This document shows positions 39,100-51,939 of a stretch of DNA of 64,000 nt, piece after piece. The DNA comes from Octopus bimaculoides (Eukaryota): assembly GCF_001194135.2 (NCBI RefSeq), contig NC_068985.1, positions 83,492,268 to 83,556,267 on the forward strand. Reading direction: 5' to 3'. The number at the start of each line of letters is the position of its first letter. The first letter of the stretch is position 1. The notes beneath the pieces are model-generated. The model saw nothing but the letters and a program-made list of their open reading frames with translations. It had not been told where the DNA came from and searched no databases. Position numbers and translations under genes: made by a program.

Positions 39100-39330
39100 C
39101 AATTGCAAGTGACGGGCCTTCGGTTTTTTTTTTTATGCAATTTACAGTTTTTATGCAAGCAATTATATTTTTTCCCCTCCGTTTTTCCCTTCTTTGGCCT
39201 TTCCTTGTTTCCGACGAAGAGCTCCGCTCGAAACGTCATATTCTCTCTCTTTCCTTTCTCTAGCGTCTAGTAACACAATCTGTATCACATCCTCATGTTG
39301 TTGTTTTTTGTTGTTGTTTTTTTGTCTTTT
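39100..39330 (+). mobile_element. Short Penelope/retrozyme-like element (lineage P2), followed by (TA)n
   Basis: Hammerhead-like motif at 39211-39237; downstream AGCGTC...CACATCC...TGTTGTT is distantly similar to P1. Confidence 0.55.
39211..39237 (+). ncRNA. Hammerhead-ribozyme-like motif (core variant CCGACGA; helix I not intact)
   Basis: CCGACGA-A-GAGC-UCC-GCUC-GAAA-CG-UC. Confidence 0.5.
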
Positions 39331-39342
39331 TCCTTTTTTGAA

Positions 39343-39386
<44 letters not shown>

Positions 39387-39701
39387 GTTTACCTGTGAAG
39401 TTATCTAAAGTCAGACAAGAGATAAACATCAAAATTCACATATTTAATGGTCATCTGTATTGTAAATCTCTTGTGTTCTCAGAACATAAACCGCATTTCT
39501 TGAATACCATTTAACCACATTCACCTAGTGTCACACTGCTTTATGAATATTTCTAATAAATTGTAATAATTTATAATTAGCTAATTTAGTGTCAGTGCTT
39601 AACTTTAGTATATCGTTAATTGATGTCATTTACATGCAAGCAGCACATGCATAAACTCATGCCAAATAGTGCCATCTACAGATATCCTGAGTAAGCAACT
39701 A

Positions 39702-39929
39702 TTGGGTTGTCCGGAAAGTTTGTGCCAATTTTTAAAAGAAAGAAAAAGGTCAATAAATACTTGCCATTACATTTTTAATCAACTACATATGAACCATTTT
39801 GTTGCACAATGCATCTCTATTTTTCCTTTAACTTGAAAATACCCTCTTCCCAAAATTGAGGTGGTTTCATGGCAAATAAGTTGAAAGGTAAGCTACTATA
39901 AATCAACACAAACTTTCCAGACAACCCAA
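39702..39929. mobile_element. mariner-derived MITE with TA target duplication
   Basis: TIRs TTGGGTTGTCCGGAAAGTTTGTG / CACAAACTTTCCAGACAACCCAA; the interior encodes (minus) FAMKPPQFWEEGIFKLKEK*RCIVQQNGSYVVD*. Confidence 0.92.
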
Positions 39930-39979
39930 TAGCATGCTATATATATTGCACTTGCAGATGTTACGTTCTTTGGTCGTTG

Positions 39980-40485
39980 GCATGGCTGTATGGCTTAGAA
40001 GTGCATGATTCTGTGCCAGTGCATTTCTGACTCTATAGCGTCAGGTGGAGAAATCAATGAAATTTTTCGTTAATAAAAACTGTGTGGAATTCTAAATGAT
40101 GTGGCTATGTGGTAAGAAACTTGCTTCCTAACTACATGGTTCTGGGTTTAAGTTGCATTCTGTGGCTCCTTGGGCGAGTATCTTCTATACTAACCTTAGG
40201 TCAACCAAAGCTTTGTAAATGGATTTGCGAGATGGGAACTGAAAAAAGCCCATCATGTGTGTGCATGTCTGTGTTTGTCACCCCATCACTGCTTGACAAC
40301 TGGTGTTGGTGTGTTTGCATCCCCATAACTTAGAAGTTTGGCAAGAGAGAGCAATAGAATATGTACCAAGATTAGCAAAGTAATTAAGTTCTGTGGTCGA
40401 TTCATTCGACTAAAAATTCATTCAGGGCAATGCTCCAGCATGGCTGCAGTCTAATTACTGAAACAATTAAAAATAATAAAAGAAA
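39980..40485 (+). mobile_element. SINE family A, diverged, with a partial duplicated head
   Basis: Match to 2797-3212. Confidence 0.8.
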
Positions 40486-40529
40486 GATATGCCTATATAT
40501 GTGCATGTTAAAGAGAGGAAGAGAGTATG

Positions 40530-41029
40530 TCATCATCATCATAATCATCATTTAACGTCTATTGTCCATGTTGATATGGGTTAGATGGTTTGACCAGAGC
40601 TGGGGAGCTGCACCAGACTCCAGTCTGATTTGGCATGGTTTCTACAGCTGGATGCCCCTCCTGACACCAACCACTTTACAGAGTGTGCTGGATGCTTTTA
40701 CATAGCACTGCATGAGCATTTTTACTTGGTGCTGCATGAGTGCATTTGCATGGCACTGCCACAAGTGCCTTTCACCACCAGGCAGACTGGCCTTAACACT
40801 TCTGCTGTGGAGTATGGGCCTTTTTAAATCCAGTAAGTGCCAGGTATCTCAACCCTTTGTCATCTTACCTGAAAGGTTCAGCATCCTGAGGTCATCCTTC
40901 AGTACTCCCCCCACCCATGTCTTCCTAGATCTCCCACTTCCATGTGTTCCATCTACTATGAGAAATGGGTACTTCTTTATGGAGCTGTCAGCATCCATCC
41001 ACATCACATGACCAAACCAGTGCAACACG
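40530..41029 (-). mobile_element. 5'-truncated RTE-type LINE: ORF C-terminus, 3' UTR and family B tail
   Basis: Minus peptide LHWFGHVMWMDADSSIKK...GSGRSRKTW...KDDLRMLNL, with WFGHV and GRPRKTW-like RTE motifs, contiguous with the family B core and a (GAT)n tail. Confidence 0.85.
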
Positions 41030-42381
41030 AACAGGCTTATGCAGAGAGAAATATTTATAACTACAGCTTTCGTTCACAAGCAATTGAATTGGTACCATGA
41101 GCCATGATTTCTCTAATAAATCCATCAAGGCCGTCCCACTCATAACTCAGCAGAACATCCAAGATATGACAGCTGAGGAGAAAGAATACTACCCCAGCAT
41201 TCAGCTGGTACTAATATCAGCTGAGTAGACTGAAGCAATATGAAATGAATTGCAATGCACAAGGCCATGCTCAATCCAGGTATTGAGCCCATGACCTTAA
41301 GACTGTGAGCTCACCACCTTACTTCATGGCCATGTGCATTCATTATATCTCTTCTTGTGTATGTGCAGATGTCTATACACATTTGCATTGAAACCAGTAA
41401 ACTAGGGTATCAATCAGAACAACTTTGAGCTATTTATTGTGTCCTAGTTTCATAGACACTCCCTTGTTGCTCTGTCCATTAGAAATGCAGTGAATTAGTT
41501 AGTATTGATTGTTGCATTCTCAATAGAAAGTTTTCCACCAATCCATGAATGTATTTCCTCCAGTAGTGTGTGTGTGTGTGTCCCAATTAGCAGATATTTT
41601 AAGAAAATAAATGGATGTAAAACTGTAAGACCTAAAGTTGAAATATAGAAATTATGGTGAATCTGATGGTACACTTGAGGCTAGAGCTAGACCCCACCAC
41701 CATCTTTACTGATCTTACCTCGAGGAGGAGTTGAACTTTATACTGCAACCTGTTATCTCATCTCTCTTAAAATCATACATACTGCACTAATCATTTAAGA
41801 TTGAGCAGTAATAGTTAGGTTATTGCACTGATGAAGTGCAATAAGACTAAAACATGCTAGCAGTTGTCTCCTAATTTGCCTCAGAACAAACTCTCAACTG
41901 TATTTTAAATCGGTAATTAATTTTAATTCATTCAAATTTCTGAATTATCTTCCCTGCCTTCCTTAACCAAATTTAATTAATACAGTAATGATTTTATTAC
42001 TCCTCATTATGAGTGTTAAGTGTTATGTTAATTAATTGAAATTCTATGGATTATTACATTTAGCAAGTTAGCTCTGACTTCATTAATAGCCATAGTCAGA
42101 TCAGTAATACAGAGAAAAATACCTGATTTCACAAAACTAATAGTCTATAAAAAAATACAAAATAGATATAGAATCAAATAGATGCATTGTGGTCTTGTTC
42201 TAAGTTGTTCATCGGTCTTGTATAGTCGAACTTGTTCAAGAGTTCTTGGTTTCTGGTGGTTTTGTTGTTTGTGTAATACCATGATTGTCCTTCATTGAGA
42301 TTGTAATTATGGCTAGGGTAATATTTTATCTAACGATTTCTACTTTTGGGAGGTTTTATGGCATATGTAGATATGTTTTAT

Positions 42382-42764
42382 CATGGCACTCCATTGGTTA
42401 TGACGACGAGGGTTCCAATTGATCTGATCAATGGAACAGCCTGCTTGTGAAATTAACATGCAAGTGACTGAGCACTCCACAGACACGTGTATGCTTAATG
42501 TACTTCTTGAGGAGATTCAGCATAACACAGTGTGTAACAAGGCTGGCCATTTGAAATACAGGTATGACAGAAACAGGAAGAAAGAATGAGAGAAAGTTGT
42601 GGTGAAAGACTACAGCAGGGGTCGCCACCATCCCCTGCTAGAGCCTCATGGAGCTTTAGGTGTTTCCGCTCAATAAACACTCACAACGCCTGGTCTGGGA
42701 ATCGAAACCGCGATCCTATGACCGCAAGTCTGTTGCCCTAACCACTGGGCCATTGCACCTCCAC
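42382..42764 (-). mobile_element. tRNA-derived SINE family C, full length, with 13-bp TSD
   Basis: TSD AGATATGTTTTAT at 42369-42381 and 42765-42777; reverse complement of 55034-55415. Confidence 0.95.
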
Positions 42765-43099
42765 AGATATGTTTTATATGTATAAGTTAAAGTAGTGAGG
42801 AAAGGCAAACAATTAGTCAAGGAAGGACAAGGACATTTGATTTCAATCTAAAATGTTTTGCTACAGAACAAATGGTAAAAATAGTATGAGATTCTAGTGG
42901 CACATCTGTTTGAGCACTCAGAACGTATACCTATTAAATTCAGTCATCCTGACAAAAACTTCTCATATGAGGATTTTTCTGGTTTTAACAAATAGAATAT
43001 TACTCTACCTTTCGTATTCAACTACTATTTTTTTACCATCTTGTCTTGCATTTATGTGCTTACTTGTGTGCATGTGTGTGTGTGTATGTCTATAAATAG

Positions 43100-43238
43100 A
43101 GAGGCAATTATGCAGATAAACAAATTAGATACATCAAATATATCAAATATATTAAATATATTAGTTTATGTATGAAATATATTTGATATTTTTAATATAT
43201 TTAATGTATCTAATTTGTTTATTCACCTAATTGCCTCT
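43100..43238. repeat. AT-rich fold-back element with about 60-bp imperfect arms
   Basis: AGAGGCAATTA...AAACAAATTAGATACAT pairs with ATGTATCTAATTTGTTT...TAATTGCCTCT. Confidence 0.85.
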
Positions 43239-43811
43239 ATATCTGTTCAACTTGATCCCTCTTATAGGCTTTTGTTACCTTGAGGAATGATCTCCTGTAA
43301 AGACATCAGTGTCGCAGTTTGAATCTTTGGAGCCCTACTAAGTGTCTTCTAGATGGAAAATCTCTGGATCTCATCTGTGACATATATGCATATATATATA
43401 TATATACTGATTATATCAGAGACTCTTCATGGCTGTAGGGACAAGAGAAAAATCTACAGTTTATATAGTGTTCAGTTAAAGCCATGTAAACTCCAGGTGA
43501 TAAGGTGTGGACTATGTGAAGAAGAAGCCTCCATAAACTCAAGATTTTTCTCTTGTCTCCACTGTTGTCAACAGCCCAGTTAGAGGTGAAACTCAGAGTA
43601 GACTGTCAACTTTAATATAATATGTATATATCTACCCACTTCACCCAGTGTGTTGATTATTATTATTATTATACTAGACTATGCAGTATTTAAAATATTT
43701 TATTAATGTGCTTTACTGGTATTATATTAATAAATACATACATGTATTTTTATGTGCATGTATGCAGACGTATATCATGCAAATAAACACACAAACATAT
43801 ATGCATGCATG

Positions 43812-44054
43812 TATCATCATCATCATCATCGTTTAACGTCCGCTTTCCATGCTAGCATGGGTTGGACGATTTGACTGAGGACTGGTGAAACCGGATGGCA
43901 ACACCAGGCTCCAGTCTGATTTGGCAGAGTTTCTACAGCTGGATACCCTTCCTAACGCCAACCACTCAGAGAGTGTAGTGGGTGCTTTTACGTGTCACCC
44001 GCACGAAAACGGCCACGCTCGAAATGGTGTCTTTTATGTGCCACCCGCACAAGC
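43812..44054 (-). mobile_element. Family B repeat, young copy
   Basis: CpG-intact core; runs into a gap at 44055. Confidence 0.9.
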
Positions 44055-45253
44055 NNNNNNNNNNNNNNNNNNNNNNNNNNNNNNNNNNNNNNNNNNNNNN
44101 NNNNNNNNNNNNNNNNNNNNNNNNNNNNNNNNNNNNNNNNNNNNNNNNNNNNNNNNNNNNNNNNNNNNNNNNNNNNNNNNNNNNNNNNNNNNNNNNNNNN
44201 NNNNNNNNNNNNNNNNNNNNNNNNNNNNNNNNNNNNTGTGTGTATGTATGAATATATATATTGAGGCATTTGTATATATTTATCATATATATGTATAATC
44301 TATCTATCTATATATATATATGTGCATATATATATATATTTGTATACACACACACTGGAATGGTAAAAATAGAGCTATTTTTATATATTTTTCTTTGCCT
44401 GGAAACATGAGGGTTTCTTCTTTTATTTTATTTGTTTTTTTTATTATATTTTCTCTCCTTCATTTTTTTTGTTTCAATTTTCTTTACATTTTTTTCTTTA
44501 TTTTTCTTGGTGGTGCGGAGGTGTGATTAATTTATTTTCTTCATATTTGGATAGCAAGAAGCAACTTTATTCAATGTTAACACGATAACTTTGTTTACAG
44601 AATTGTCTGGAAATCATCAAAATATTTACTCCATATTCACAAATGAAATGTCTTCATTTGATTGGTGCTGCATATTAGAAACTGCATATTGGTGAAACAT
44701 CCTTTGTTCACTCATTCACCCAGTCACGCAGGACTTTGGCTCCTGCTGGACAATACTATCATACAAATTCTTTCTTAATAATTCTTCCCTCATTTTTGTA
44801 TGCATTTATCATTTTAATTTATTTAGAAACCATCATCCTCATCATCATTCTCATCATCATCATCACCATCATCATTGCAGTCATCGTCACTGACATTATT
44901 CTTCTTGTTGTAGGTGATGGTGGTGGTGGTTTTGCTGCTGCTGTTTTCATGTAAACTTCAATCGCTTTGATTTCTTTCTCTAATTTTATGCATGTGTATC
45001 AAATACTGCAGGTCTATTCAGAAATTCTATTTCATTTTAGATTATTTTTAATTGTAAGCATATACATTTTTTAACAAATTTTTAAAAAAAGAAATATATA
45101 TATATACACACGCATATATATATATATATATGCATATATACATCCATATATATATGTAGATAGATATATTACATATATATATATATGCATATATATATGT
45201 TTGTGTGCATATGCCTATGTATATCTCAATGTATTTATAAATATGTGTGTGTG

Positions 45254-45319
<66 letters not shown>

Positions 45320-45903
45320 GATATATGGATATATATGTTTATATATGTGCCTGTGTATATTTATATTTATGTATATATANNNNNNNNNNNNNNNNNNNNN
45401 NNNNNNNNNNNNNNNNNNNNNNNNNNNNNNNNNNNNNNNNNNNNNNNNNNNNNNNNNNNNNNNNNNNNNNNNNNNNNNNNNNNNNNNNNNNNNNNNNNNN
45501 NNNNNNNNNNNNNNNNNNNNNNNNNNNNNNNNNNNNNNNNNNNNNNNNNNNNNNNNNNNNNNNNNNNNNNNNNNNNNNNNNNNNNNNNNNNNNNNNNNNN
45601 NNNNNNNNNNNNNNNNNNNNNNNNNNNNNNNNNNNNNNNNNNNNNNNNNNNNNNNNNNNNNNNNNNNNNNNNNNNNNNNNNNNNNNNNNNNNNNNNNNNN
45701 NNNNNNNNNNNNNNNNNNNNNNNNNNNNNNNNNNNNNNNNNNNNNNNNNNNNNNNNNNNNNNNNNNNNNNNNNNNNNNNNNNNNNNNNNNNNNNNNNNNN
45801 NNNNNNNNNNNNNNNNNNNNNNNNNNNNNNNNNNNNNNNNNNNNNNNNNNNTTATCTGTATCCATTTTTGTGAATACACCCATTTTCAGCTACAAACACA
45901 CAC

Positions 45904-45951
<48 letters not shown>

Positions 45952-46104
45952 CAATATATTAAGTTGCATATTATAATTTTGTAGTTCAGATGTTCTAAAG
46001 TATCTTGCATTAATAGTTTGCCAGGGAGTTGGTACTACCAACAATATCAATAATAAATGGTAAACAACTTTGGCAAACAAGCTGAACACTTTATGTGAAT
46101 ATTT

Positions 46105-46135
<31 letters not shown>

Positions 46136-46467
46136 ATGACAACAGCACCAACCCCTATGCATTCACGAATACACATGTTCTCACATACTTGTATGATTAT
46201 ATATATACATACCATTATATATATACTTATTGAATTTCTTTACTGATACTGTTTTACATAGGGTAAATGTTTTGAAAGTTGTGGTTTCTTTAGTATGTTT
46301 GTTCCCAAACAACACTTATTTTAGTACTGTTGACACTGCCAGATTGAATATTACTACCCAGGTGTCAAAACCTTAATGATATCTGTGGGGCAGCTGATGA
46401 TGGAGGTATGTTGGATTGTTGGTATGGCTGTTTTTGTATATGTGGATCAGTATGATTACACATCCTT

Positions 46468-46509
<42 letters not shown>

Positions 46510-46510
<1 letters not shown>

Positions 46511-47473
46511 TAGCTGGTGTACCCGGTAATTCTCGGGGGTAAAGATTTTCTATTGAAATGCCTCATTACTCTGATATAAGAAAGCAATTTCATTATAGAT
46601 ACCACAAAAGGTGTATTTTCTGTCATGAAAATGTACAAAATACTGTCAGCTGGAGGAAGGAGAGATTGTTGGAGTTTGGCGAGAGAGGTTTATGGAGGTT
46701 GGTGAGAAAGATTGTCGGAGGTTGGTGAGAGGCAAAGACATTATTCTGCTTAGCAAAGGCATCTGGGAAATGTATAACGGCTGTCATTCACAGAAAAACT
46801 ATTGTTTTACTGTGACAAAATCGCTGTTGAAATGTTAAGTGAAATTTGGCAATCGAGGATCGAATCCACACTATGCCTGCATGAAGCCACTACAAATACG
46901 TTGTGGAATAAAAAATTTATCTACTGTCATGGAAAAAGTGTAACTGTAAAACTGCAGAATTATTGGAGTAATGAGCATTCCAAAAATTATGTATCTATAG
47001 AAATGTATGACTGAATTCTTTAAGATTTAAGATTCAAATTAATGAAGTGCAATAACGTTTAGCAGTTCAAAACTCTGAGTAATGAAATGCAGAATTAGGT
47101 CGGCTGATCGTGAGAATCAAATATTGATCGCTTCGCTAAAATCTGCAGGTGGTATGGGTTATAACCCTTGGGTTGTTGAAATAAACTATTAGTAATATGT
47201 AGTAGATAGAAGGATCCATTGGCAGGCCCCTATTAACAATTTTTTTCACCAATCTAAGTATGTCATGAGGTTTCAAGACATGAGTTCCACTCACATGTCA
47301 AATAAAGTATAAAAGTGATATTGTCTGCAAAAATTAGAAATAGGACGTTACAAAAAGTAACTTACAAGTATTACAGTCTGAGGAGATATTTTGTAGTAGA
47401 AGAATTAGTAGTTTGACTGCTATTTCTAAAATTCTGTATGTGGTGAAGCAACTTTTGCTGATCCCTTAATTAT

Positions 47474-47480
<7 letters not shown>
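46510..47480 (-). mobile_element. Probable non-autonomous Helitron
   Basis: Minus-strand 3' end CCCG-AGAATTAC-CGGG hairpin then TACACCAG-CTAG|T. About 20-bp internal GGAGGTTGGTGAGA-like repeats at 46655-46735. (TA)n at both ends. The 5' TC is not resolved. Confidence 0.6.
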
Positions 47481-47521
<41 letters not shown>

Positions 47522-47994
47522 GTATGTGCATCTTACCAATTTCATAATAAAATACAAACAGGAAGCTGGATAAAACAACAGAAACAAACATAAAAAATAA
47601 AACAAAATTAAAAGAAATAGAAAATAGGTAAAAAATCTTTTAAATTTTCAAGGGTCAAAGAACAACAAAAATATAATAACTGAAAAGGATTAAATACCTC
47701 AACCTCAATGTGAAATATTGCACAAAATTTAAAAACCAAAAGAAAAAAACCCCCATCCGAAACTGAAAAACAAATAACTGAAACGCTACCAAGAAAGACT
47801 TCACAGAAAATCCCACTTCCATTGCACATACACATGCACACACCCACAAACACACATACTCACACACATTCACATTCACATACCCACCTTTTACATACAC
47901 ACACATATAGTCTCACAGAGTTGAAACACTGTTTGATTTATTTTTTTCAGCATACAATTTTCATCATCCCACTACCAATTATGACATCACACCT

Positions 47995-48165
47995 TCCTTC
48001 CTATACGATGGGCTTCATACAGTTTCCATCGACCAAATCTACTCACAAGACTTTGGTCAGTCCAAGGCTGTAGTAAAAGACACTTGCCCAATGTGCTAGA
48101 CAGTAGGACTGAACCCAGAGCCAGATGGTTAGGAAGCAAGCTTCTTACCACACAGCCACACCTGC
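47995..48165 (-). mobile_element. SINE family A head
   Basis: ACGATGGGCTTC...ACCACACAGCCACACCTGC. Confidence 0.85.
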
Positions 48166-48539
48166 ATAAATGTTATTGTTTTTCTCAAATAAATTGCACT
48201 TCAATTTTGAAGTTGAAGCTCTGGTGAAGCTATAAGGTGTTACTGGTGCACCCAACTACGAGGTCATGGCATCTTATAGCAAAAACAGCAGTAAGTTAAT
48301 GAAATTGATAAGATGATCGTTTAATCCTTTGTTATCACACACAAATACATGGATTCAATACTTCTGCACAAATGCACAAATACATGTACAAAATTCCATG
48401 ATCTTATAAAACTTTAAAAACAAAGAAGTAATTCTGCATATAAACAGATGAAAAGATGTATAGAATCAGTGATGTGATTTGTGAGGTTTCTGAAAAAATA
48501 ATTCAAATAAAATCAGTGACGGGCAAAAATATGGAAGTA

Positions 48540-48915
48540 GTGATGATGAAGGTAGGGATAATAATGGTGGTGACAATCCTGATAGCGATGATGATGAAGG
48601 TAGAGAAGGTTTAGAATTAGTGGTGGTGGTGGTGGTGGTGGTGGTGGAGTTGGGCTGCAGTGTGGCAGTGACAGTGGTAGTCAAAGTGATGATGGTCGTG
48701 GTGGTGGTGGTGGTGGTGGTTGGGGTGTGGTTGGTGCTGCTGCTGATGGTGTTGTTGGTGGTGTTGTCGGTGGTGATGCGGTTGATGGTAATGGTGGTGT
48801 TGATGGCGTTGTTGGTGGTGGTGATTCTGTTCATTATGGTGCTGGTGATGGTGTTGGTAGTGGTGCTGGTGTCAATCATGATGATGATGATAAAAATGGT
48901 GATGATGATGACAGT
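48540..48915. repeat. Degenerate (GGT)n/(GAT)n repeat
   Basis: Directly visible. Confidence 0.9.
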
Positions 48916-49889
48916 AGCTTCACACAATTACCTTAAAACTGGGTTTGCTAATCACATGTTTCATTTCTTTACATTGTTGAGTAAAATTTTTTACCTGTGA
49001 TTTACACATTGATGAGTTGGTAAAGGGATTGGCCATTCATGTGGTCACTAGTTCACATTCCATCACTGAAATTATATTACCTGTGTTGAACCCACAGCAA
49101 ACACTCAACTTTCAAACAGTTCATTCCACTTAATTGTAAACTAGGATACCACAAGGGAGAAACGCATCACTTCATTTGAAACAATAGCAATGTGATTATG
49201 AATAATTTTTGGAGAAGGATGTGCTTCATCAAGTTGTCTTACTCTAGATATAGAGACAGCTATTCATATCTCTTAGAATACCTTTATATGGCCACTCAGT
49301 CAACTAAAATATCAACCAAATTGCTTTCAAATCATACCCACTAACTTAAAGGATATAGAAGCATTAAATAATGTTGTCTGAGTATTGCCCAAAAAAAGAT
49401 TGTATGGTCCTGGTTGGAATGCTTTTAATCATATGGTCTGCTTAATAAGGGATGACCTAGGGCTAAACACAGACAAATCTAGATACATTACTTTCATTAT
49501 CATCAGCCTTTAGCAGCTGAGTAGACTTATGGCTCAATGTTCTTTTTTTTATTCGGTTTTATGATATTTTTCTTTGTTTTTATCATCCATTTAGATTTTC
49601 CAGGATGTCCATTCTTGTAATTGCAGTGCAACTGCAAATATTATAACCATTAGCCATCAAAGAGTTAATGCTGATGAAGAATAGACAAAGGTTTTTCAAT
49701 TAGAAAAGAAATACCTCCCCACCCACTCCCAGGCTTGGCCAAAAGCAAAACAAAACAAAAAACACCAGAAAAACAGAATGAAACCTTCCAAATATTAATA
49801 ATAACTGTCAAAGACAATAAGGGTAGAGAGATATCTCATGAAACATTGGGTTTGTCTCTGTTTTCAAAACCCATTGCTGTTATATCATT

Positions 49890-49973
<84 letters not shown>

Positions 49974-50129
49974 GATGTTCTTCTTTTGGAAGCAGTTGTG
50001 GTTGTGTTATTATTAATGCTATTGTTTTGTGGGGTAGCATTTGTTTCCTGGTTTATATATTTTTCTCAGAGCTTTACTAAATTGTCTTTATTATCATCAT
50101 CATTACCATTATTATTATTATTATTATTA

Positions 50130-50169
<40 letters not shown>

Positions 50170-50203
50170 TGCTATTATTGTTGTCATCATCATCATTATT
50201 TTT

Positions 50204-50243
<40 letters not shown>

Positions 50244-50400
50244 CATTTCAATAATTAGAAAGTTTTTTTTGTTTTTTGTTAATTTATGGAAGTTTTAAAT
50301 TCTTTATACCTCTACACAGTGATCATTTGTAATAATCATCTCTTTCTCTAATCTAGTATTCTTATTATCATTGTTATTGTTGTATCATAGTTGTCATGGC

Positions 50401-50437
<37 letters not shown>

Positions 50438-51082
50438 CTGGTTGCTATTGTTATGTTATACTTTAAATCTTCTTCACCATCTATCCATCCATCTTCATAC
50501 ATTTGAATTTCATTTACAACAACAACAACAACAACAACAATTATAATGAATGAACGAACAAAAAAAAACAAAAAAAAACAAGCAAACAGAAAAAAAAAAC
50601 CCAACAGGCAACAACTGAACTAACAACGAAACAAAACACACATTCTCATGAAACAAAACATGAAAATATAATACAAAACTTGTAAAACTTACAAACAAAA
50701 CAAATAACAACAACAACAACATGATCAACACCAATAACAACAACAAGAACAAGGACCAGTACACACTAGTAAAAATGCATATTAAAATAACCTGCTGTTA
50801 AAGACAATTTTAAAAATGATACTCCAATTTAAAAATTATACTTTTTCATTAAAACAATTTGTGCTATTTTTTAAAATTATTTCCATTTTTTATTTATTTT
50901 TTTATTATTGTTGGTGGGGTGTTTCGTTCTTTTTTATACTTTTATCATTATTATTCANNNNNNNNNNNNNNNNNTACTTTTCAAATGTTTTATTTATACT
51001 GTTTGCATTTTAATTTCTTTTAGGTTTATTCTTTTATACTCACACACACACACACACACACACATATATAATTATTTTTATG

Positions 51083-51119
<37 letters not shown>

Positions 51120-51178
51120 TGTGTGTATGTGTGTGTGTGCACGCATGTGCATGTGTGTGTATGTAGATAGAGATGGAC

Positions 51179-51213
<35 letters not shown>

Positions 51214-51607
51214 CAAATAGATAGATAGATAGACAAATAGATAGATAGATAGACAGATAGAGAGAGAGAGAGAGAGAAAGAAAGAAAGAAAGAGAGACTG
51301 AGATATAGATTACATATATATTGCATATACATATAAGAATGATTGTAAACATATATACACACATATATTTCACACACACTCACACACACAAATACACACA
51401 CACAGGCACATACACACACACACAGAGTCACTTTCCATTTTTGTTGGGGTTTTTTTGGGGGGGGTTTTTAATTTCAATTTTCGCCCCAATCACACTGAAA
51501 TATGTCACCTCACACTTCATGCATTATGCAAAGTCCGACACATTCTTTGTTAGTAGACACTGGTGACTTAATGCCAGTGTTCATTTTTTTTTTTATCATT
51601 AGTATTA

Positions 51608-51639
<32 letters not shown>

Positions 51640-51939
51640 GTTATTATTAATATCATTATCATTATTTACATTGTCACTATCATTGCTGTTTTTGCTGTTG
51701 TAGTGTAAGTTAGTTAAGTTTTGTATATATTTCTTTTTGGTCTTGGTTCCTTTTTCTTCTTTATTGAGTCCTTTCTTTCAGATGTGTAACAAATAATGTA
51801 CAGCATACATCTTCTTCATTCCCATGTCTTCCTCTCATTCATCTCTGCCATCTTTCTTCTTGTTTATTTCCTTCTTTTCTTCTTCTCCTTCGTTATCTTT
51901 AATCTTCTTCTTCATTTCCCAGTCCCCTTTGTCCCACAC

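Noticed and set aside
39668-39685. CTCF-like motif (TGCCATCTACAG) and possible 9-nt microexon
   Set aside because: A single short match is expected by chance in 64 kb, and the polypyrimidine tract is weak
48466-49000. Gly/Val/Thr-rich ORFs
   Set aside because: Degenerate (GGT)n repeat, open in several frames on both strands
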